DNA of 64,000 bases from Vairimorpha necatrix (lineage: Eukaryota). Shown here piece after piece: positions 60,836 through 64,000 of the stretch (positions are counted from its first letter, which is position 1; every line of letters starts with the position of its first letter). Made by a program: the position numbers and the translations under genes. The stretch spans positions 806,001-870,000 of the forward strand of contig CP142735.1 of NCBI GenBank assembly GCA_036630325.1. Direction: 5' to 3'. The notes under the pieces are model-generated. The model did not search any database. It was not told where the DNA came from and was given only the letters and a program-made list of their open reading frames with translations.

Positions 60836-61207
60836 CAAAATGGGGCGTTTTTTATATTTTTTAAGTAATATAATACATTATTATATATGATACATTATTT
60901 ATCTTATTGTGCATGTTATATGTCAAGGAACAGCTCTTCAATGGTCCCAAGGCTACCTCAGAGACTCGAGGATACCATTAAGTAGATATTTCCTCCTTTG
61001 TATTAATAGGTTTTTGGAGGGAAAATACACCGAGTTTTTTTTTAAAACATAAAAAGAGAATCATTCCTAGAATATTATAAAAAAGATTTGTAAACAATTT
61101 AATAGTAATAATTCTTCTAAGACTGTTGGACGAACAACAGTCTACATAACATTTTTAAAATTGTTATTATAAAAATTTCTCAATAACTTTTTTTTTATTA
61201 ATTTTTT

Positions 61208-62086
61208 TTATCTTGGTAAATCTTTAGGTAGTGTCGCTTTGGGTTCATTTTTAAAATATTTATCCATTAGTGCAGAATACACATCTATTCTTTTATTAGG
61301 ATCAAAAATGAAAAATTTTTTCATCATCTCCAATGTTTCTTCACTAGCCGCACTAAACAATTCTTCCAATTTAATAGCATCTTTCTCATTAAATTTAATA
61401 TACCCAGATAATTCTTTTATACTTTTATATTCTTCTTCTTTCGGTGTCCCAAATACTTTAAATATAAGATTTAATTGTTCCAAATCCGATTCCCCTGCAA
61501 ATAGTGGTACTCTTAACATTAATTCCGCGAATATACACCCAATTGACCACATATCCACTGACATTCCATAAATTCTACTACCTAATAACAATTCAGGCGC
61601 CCTATACCATCTAGTTACAGCTTGACTAGTCATATTCCTTCCTATACTTCTTGATAACCCGAAATCCGCTATTTTTATTATATTATTTTTATTAATTAAT
61701 ATATTATTTGGTTTTAAATCTCTATGTATAATAAATTTCTCGTGTAAACTATAAACACCAGTAAGAATCATAATCATATAACTTTTAATATCTGATGGTA
61801 AAAAGATTATTGATTTGTTTCTTATAAGTTGTTCTAAATCAGTTTCTAAATATTCTAAGACTAAATGAATATTGTCGTTTTTAATATAAATATCTTTTAA
61901 ATTAATAACGTATTTATTTTTGATTTTTTTTAGAGATTTGATTTCTCTTATGGCTGAGATATCGAAGCCCATAGAGTTTTTAGTTTTTTTTATTTTTTTT
62001 ATAGCTACAAGTTCGTTGTTTTTTGAATATGCTTTGTAAATTGTAGCGTATGTTCCTTCTCCTATTTTCTTTTCTTTTGTGTACAT
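61208..62086 (-). CDS. KIN28: TFIIH kinase CDK7/Kin28
   Basis: GEGTYA, SAIREIK, HRDLKPNN, DFG, VTRWYRAPE, LFSAAS. Confidence 0.9.
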   Translation of the reverse strand: MYTKEKKIGEGTYATIYKAYSKNNELVAIKKIKKTKNSMGFDISAIREIKSLKKIKNKYVINLKDIYIKNDNIHLVLEYLETDLEQLIRNKSIIFLPSDIKSYMIMILTGVYSLHEKFIIHRDLKPNNILINKNNIIKIADFGLSRSIGRNMTSQAVTRWYRAPELLLGSRIYGMSVDMWSIGCIFAELMLRVPLFAGESDLEQLNLIFKVFGTPKEEEYKSIKELSGYIKFNEKDAIKLEELFSAASEETLEMMKKFFIFDPNKRIDVYSALMDKYFKNEPKATLPKDLPR

Positions 62087-62380
62087 ATTAAAGGGATAAA
62101 GAATGTTATGTTTTAAAAAATTTGCAAAAAAAACATCTTAGAAAAAATAAAAATTAAAATTTTAATGAATTTTTTGTAAATTTCTTTAGATGATTATCTC
62201 TACGTAATATGTAAACAAATATCTTAATTTTTATTTAACAAATTGTTCTATATGTAAAAAATTAAATATAGAAAATTTGTTAATATTGTATTAAATTTAA
62301 TATTTAATAAATTGTTCTATATTTAAAAATAACATAATTTTAAATTTTTTATTTAAAATTTTTCACTTTTTTTTTACCCC

Positions 62381-62860
62381 ATGGATGAAATTTTAAATTG
62401 GATTTCTTTAATCTTAGGTGACGATTTCTCAAATCTTTCTTTCGCTTCCGCTCTAAAAGACGGCACTGTTTTGTGCCGTCTTTTAAACAAGACTTGTGGT
62501 TACAATATAATTTATAAGAAATCTCCTCAGTTGTTTGTACAGAGGGAGAATATTTGTGCATTTATTAATGGTCTAAAGAAGTATGGTATTTTAGAATATG
62601 AGCTCTTTCAGACTGTAGATTTATTTGAGGAAAAGAATCTTAAACAAGTTTCTATTTCTTTGTATGCTTTAAGTCGTCAGTTACAAGTGAAGAAAGAGTT
62701 CCCTGGGCCTTTTATAGGCCCCAAGTTAGCCGAGAAGCAGAAGATTGAGTTTTCTCAGGCTGTATTAGATAAAGGGAAGTATGGGTTTAATTTGCAGATA
62801 GGATATGATCCTTTATATGAGAAGATAACAGATGAAGAATTTAAGAAGTCAACTTTATAA
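62381..62860 (+). CDS. Calponin/transgelin-like CH-domain protein
   Basis: ALKDGTVLCRLLN, ENICAFI, LFQTVDLFE and a C-terminal LQIGY calponin-repeat remnant. Confidence 0.9.
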   Translation: MDEILNWISLILGDDFSNLSFASALKDGTVLCRLLNKTCGYNIIYKKSPQLFVQRENICAFINGLKKYGILEYELFQTVDLFEEKNLKQVSISLYALSRQLQVKKEFPGPFIGPKLAEKQKIEFSQAVLDKGKYGFNLQIGYDPLYEKITDEEFKKSTL

Positions 62861-62862
62861 AC

Positions 62863-62908
62863 TAAATAATAAACTATTTTATTATTTAATAAAATAGTTT
62901 ATTATTTA
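62863..62908. terminator. Perfect 22-bp inverted repeat with AATAAA on both strands, between convergent genes
   Basis: TAAATAATAAACTATTTTATTA-TT-TAATAAAATAGTTTATTATTTA. Confidence 0.5.
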
Positions 62909-62974
62909 ATAATGTAGTATATAATTTAATATATAATATGTAATATATAATTTATATTGTAGTTTATATTCAGT

Positions 62975-63271
62975 TTATATTAGTTTTAAGGTTATGACTT
63001 CTAAGGTATGGAAAATTGTCTCAAATAAATCTGTGACTTTATATTCCGGACAGTAAATTCTTGTCTTCTTTTTATTATGAAATATCTTACAGAATATTAC
63101 TAGTCTTTTATTTGGTATCTCCAGACCAGGCTTCTTATAAATTTCTATATCTCCCGTATAGTCCAAGAATAAGAATGTCTTAAGGGAGTTCTTTACACAA
63201 ATACCCGCCATCTCGACATTTAAAGCCTTTTCATCTTTAAGATCTTTAACAAGAACTTTATATCTTATCAT
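62975..63271 (-). CDS. Small OB-fold protein (RPA32/Stn1-like)
   Basis: VEMAG...FLDYTGDIEI...DLFETIFHTLEVI resembles the RPA32 OB domain; CCC motif upstream. Confidence 0.55.
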   Translation of the reverse strand: MIRYKVLVKDLKDEKALNVEMAGICVKNSLKTFLFLDYTGDIEIYKKPGLEIPNKRLVIFCKIFHNKKKTRIYCPEYKVTDLFETIFHTLEVITLKLI

Positions 63272-63350
63272 TGAATAAAAGAAGGGTTATATCTTATACT
63301 GAATTATATCTTATACTAACTTATACTAACTTTATGTCTTATATCTTATA

Positions 63351-63884
63351 CTAATTTATACTGATTGTTGTTGAGTTTATTTCTATTGTATATTTATAAT
63401 TTAGTTCTATTGGACATTTCACTATCTCTAATCTAATAACTCCTTCTTCTTTATACATTTTATATCTAGTATTGACTTGATATTCCCACTCTAGTCCCAG
63501 TTTGTAACTATAAGTCATCTTATAACTCAGAGTACTAGTAGTATTTACTACTAGTACTCTGAGTTTATATTTATAAATCATCTTCTTAAGATACAATACA
63601 AGTCTAGATATCTTATTATGACTAGTATCTACGATACTAGACAAGTTATCTATAACTAGTAACTCGACTTTATATTCTTTACAGAGTTTTATAGAAGAGA
63701 AGATGTCTTCTAGAGACTGGACTAATTTAATAAGAAGATTCCCTTCTGGGCATCTTAGAATGGGGAAATTAGTAGTACAGAGATACATAGTGAAATATTT
63801 CTTACTTTCTTCTATACAGAGAGCAGTTTTCCCAGTATTTGATTCACCACACAATTCAGTAAGCCCGAAGTATTTCAAGCACAT
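63351..63884 (-). CDS. Rad51-paralog-like RecA-fold ATPase (177 aa)
   Basis: GLTELCGESNTGKT (Walker A), LLVIDN (Walker B), VLVVN and LGLEW. Start moved to the CCCCCCTTTGAGATG at 63884. Confidence 0.8.
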   Translation of the reverse strand: MCLKYFGLTELCGESNTGKTALCIEESKKYFTMYLCTTNFPILRCPEGNLLIKLVQSLEDIFSSIKLCKEYKVELLVIDNLSSIVDTSHNKISRLVLYLKKMIYKYKLRVLVVNTTSTLSYKMTYSYKLGLEWEYQVNTRYKMYKEEGVIRLEIVKCPIELNYKYTIEINSTTISIN

Positions 63885-64000
63885 CTCAAAGGGGGGCAGA
63901 GCAAAAAGTAATGTATAATATAAAATATGTATTAAGACTACATTTGTATAATGCAAATATGCATAATATATAATGCATAAAGAAATATTACAATATATTA

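Overview
AT-rich eukaryotic sequence, almost certainly microsporidian. The genes are compact, intron-less and divergent, almost every ATG has a CCC motif just upstream, and the beta-tubulin is fungal-like. The gene-dense core blocks (about 1-16 kb, 22-23 kb, 28 kb and 58-64 kb) contain nucleolin, two acyltransferases, RPL34, MetRS, DIS3, beta-tubulin, PI synthase, an M16 peptidase, a NUG1-like protein, CDK7, calponin, a Rad51 paralog and two tRNAs. A gene-poor accessory region (about 29-58 kb) holds a lineage-specific secreted-protein family and its pseudogenes. The window has four unrelated Ty3/gypsy retrotransposons, each with a 5-bp target-site duplication (TSD), two bounded Merlin DNA transposons and one Tc1/IS630-type element. 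The most striking feature is the architecture shared by all four retroelements: ultra-short LTRs (49, 64, 70 and 160 bp) built like a minimal host promoter, with the polyprotein start codon inside the LTR and almost no non-coding internal DNA. Also notable are a candidate structured ncRNA of about 450 nt and an E198I beta-tubulin. All calls come from reading the sequence; no database searches were run.
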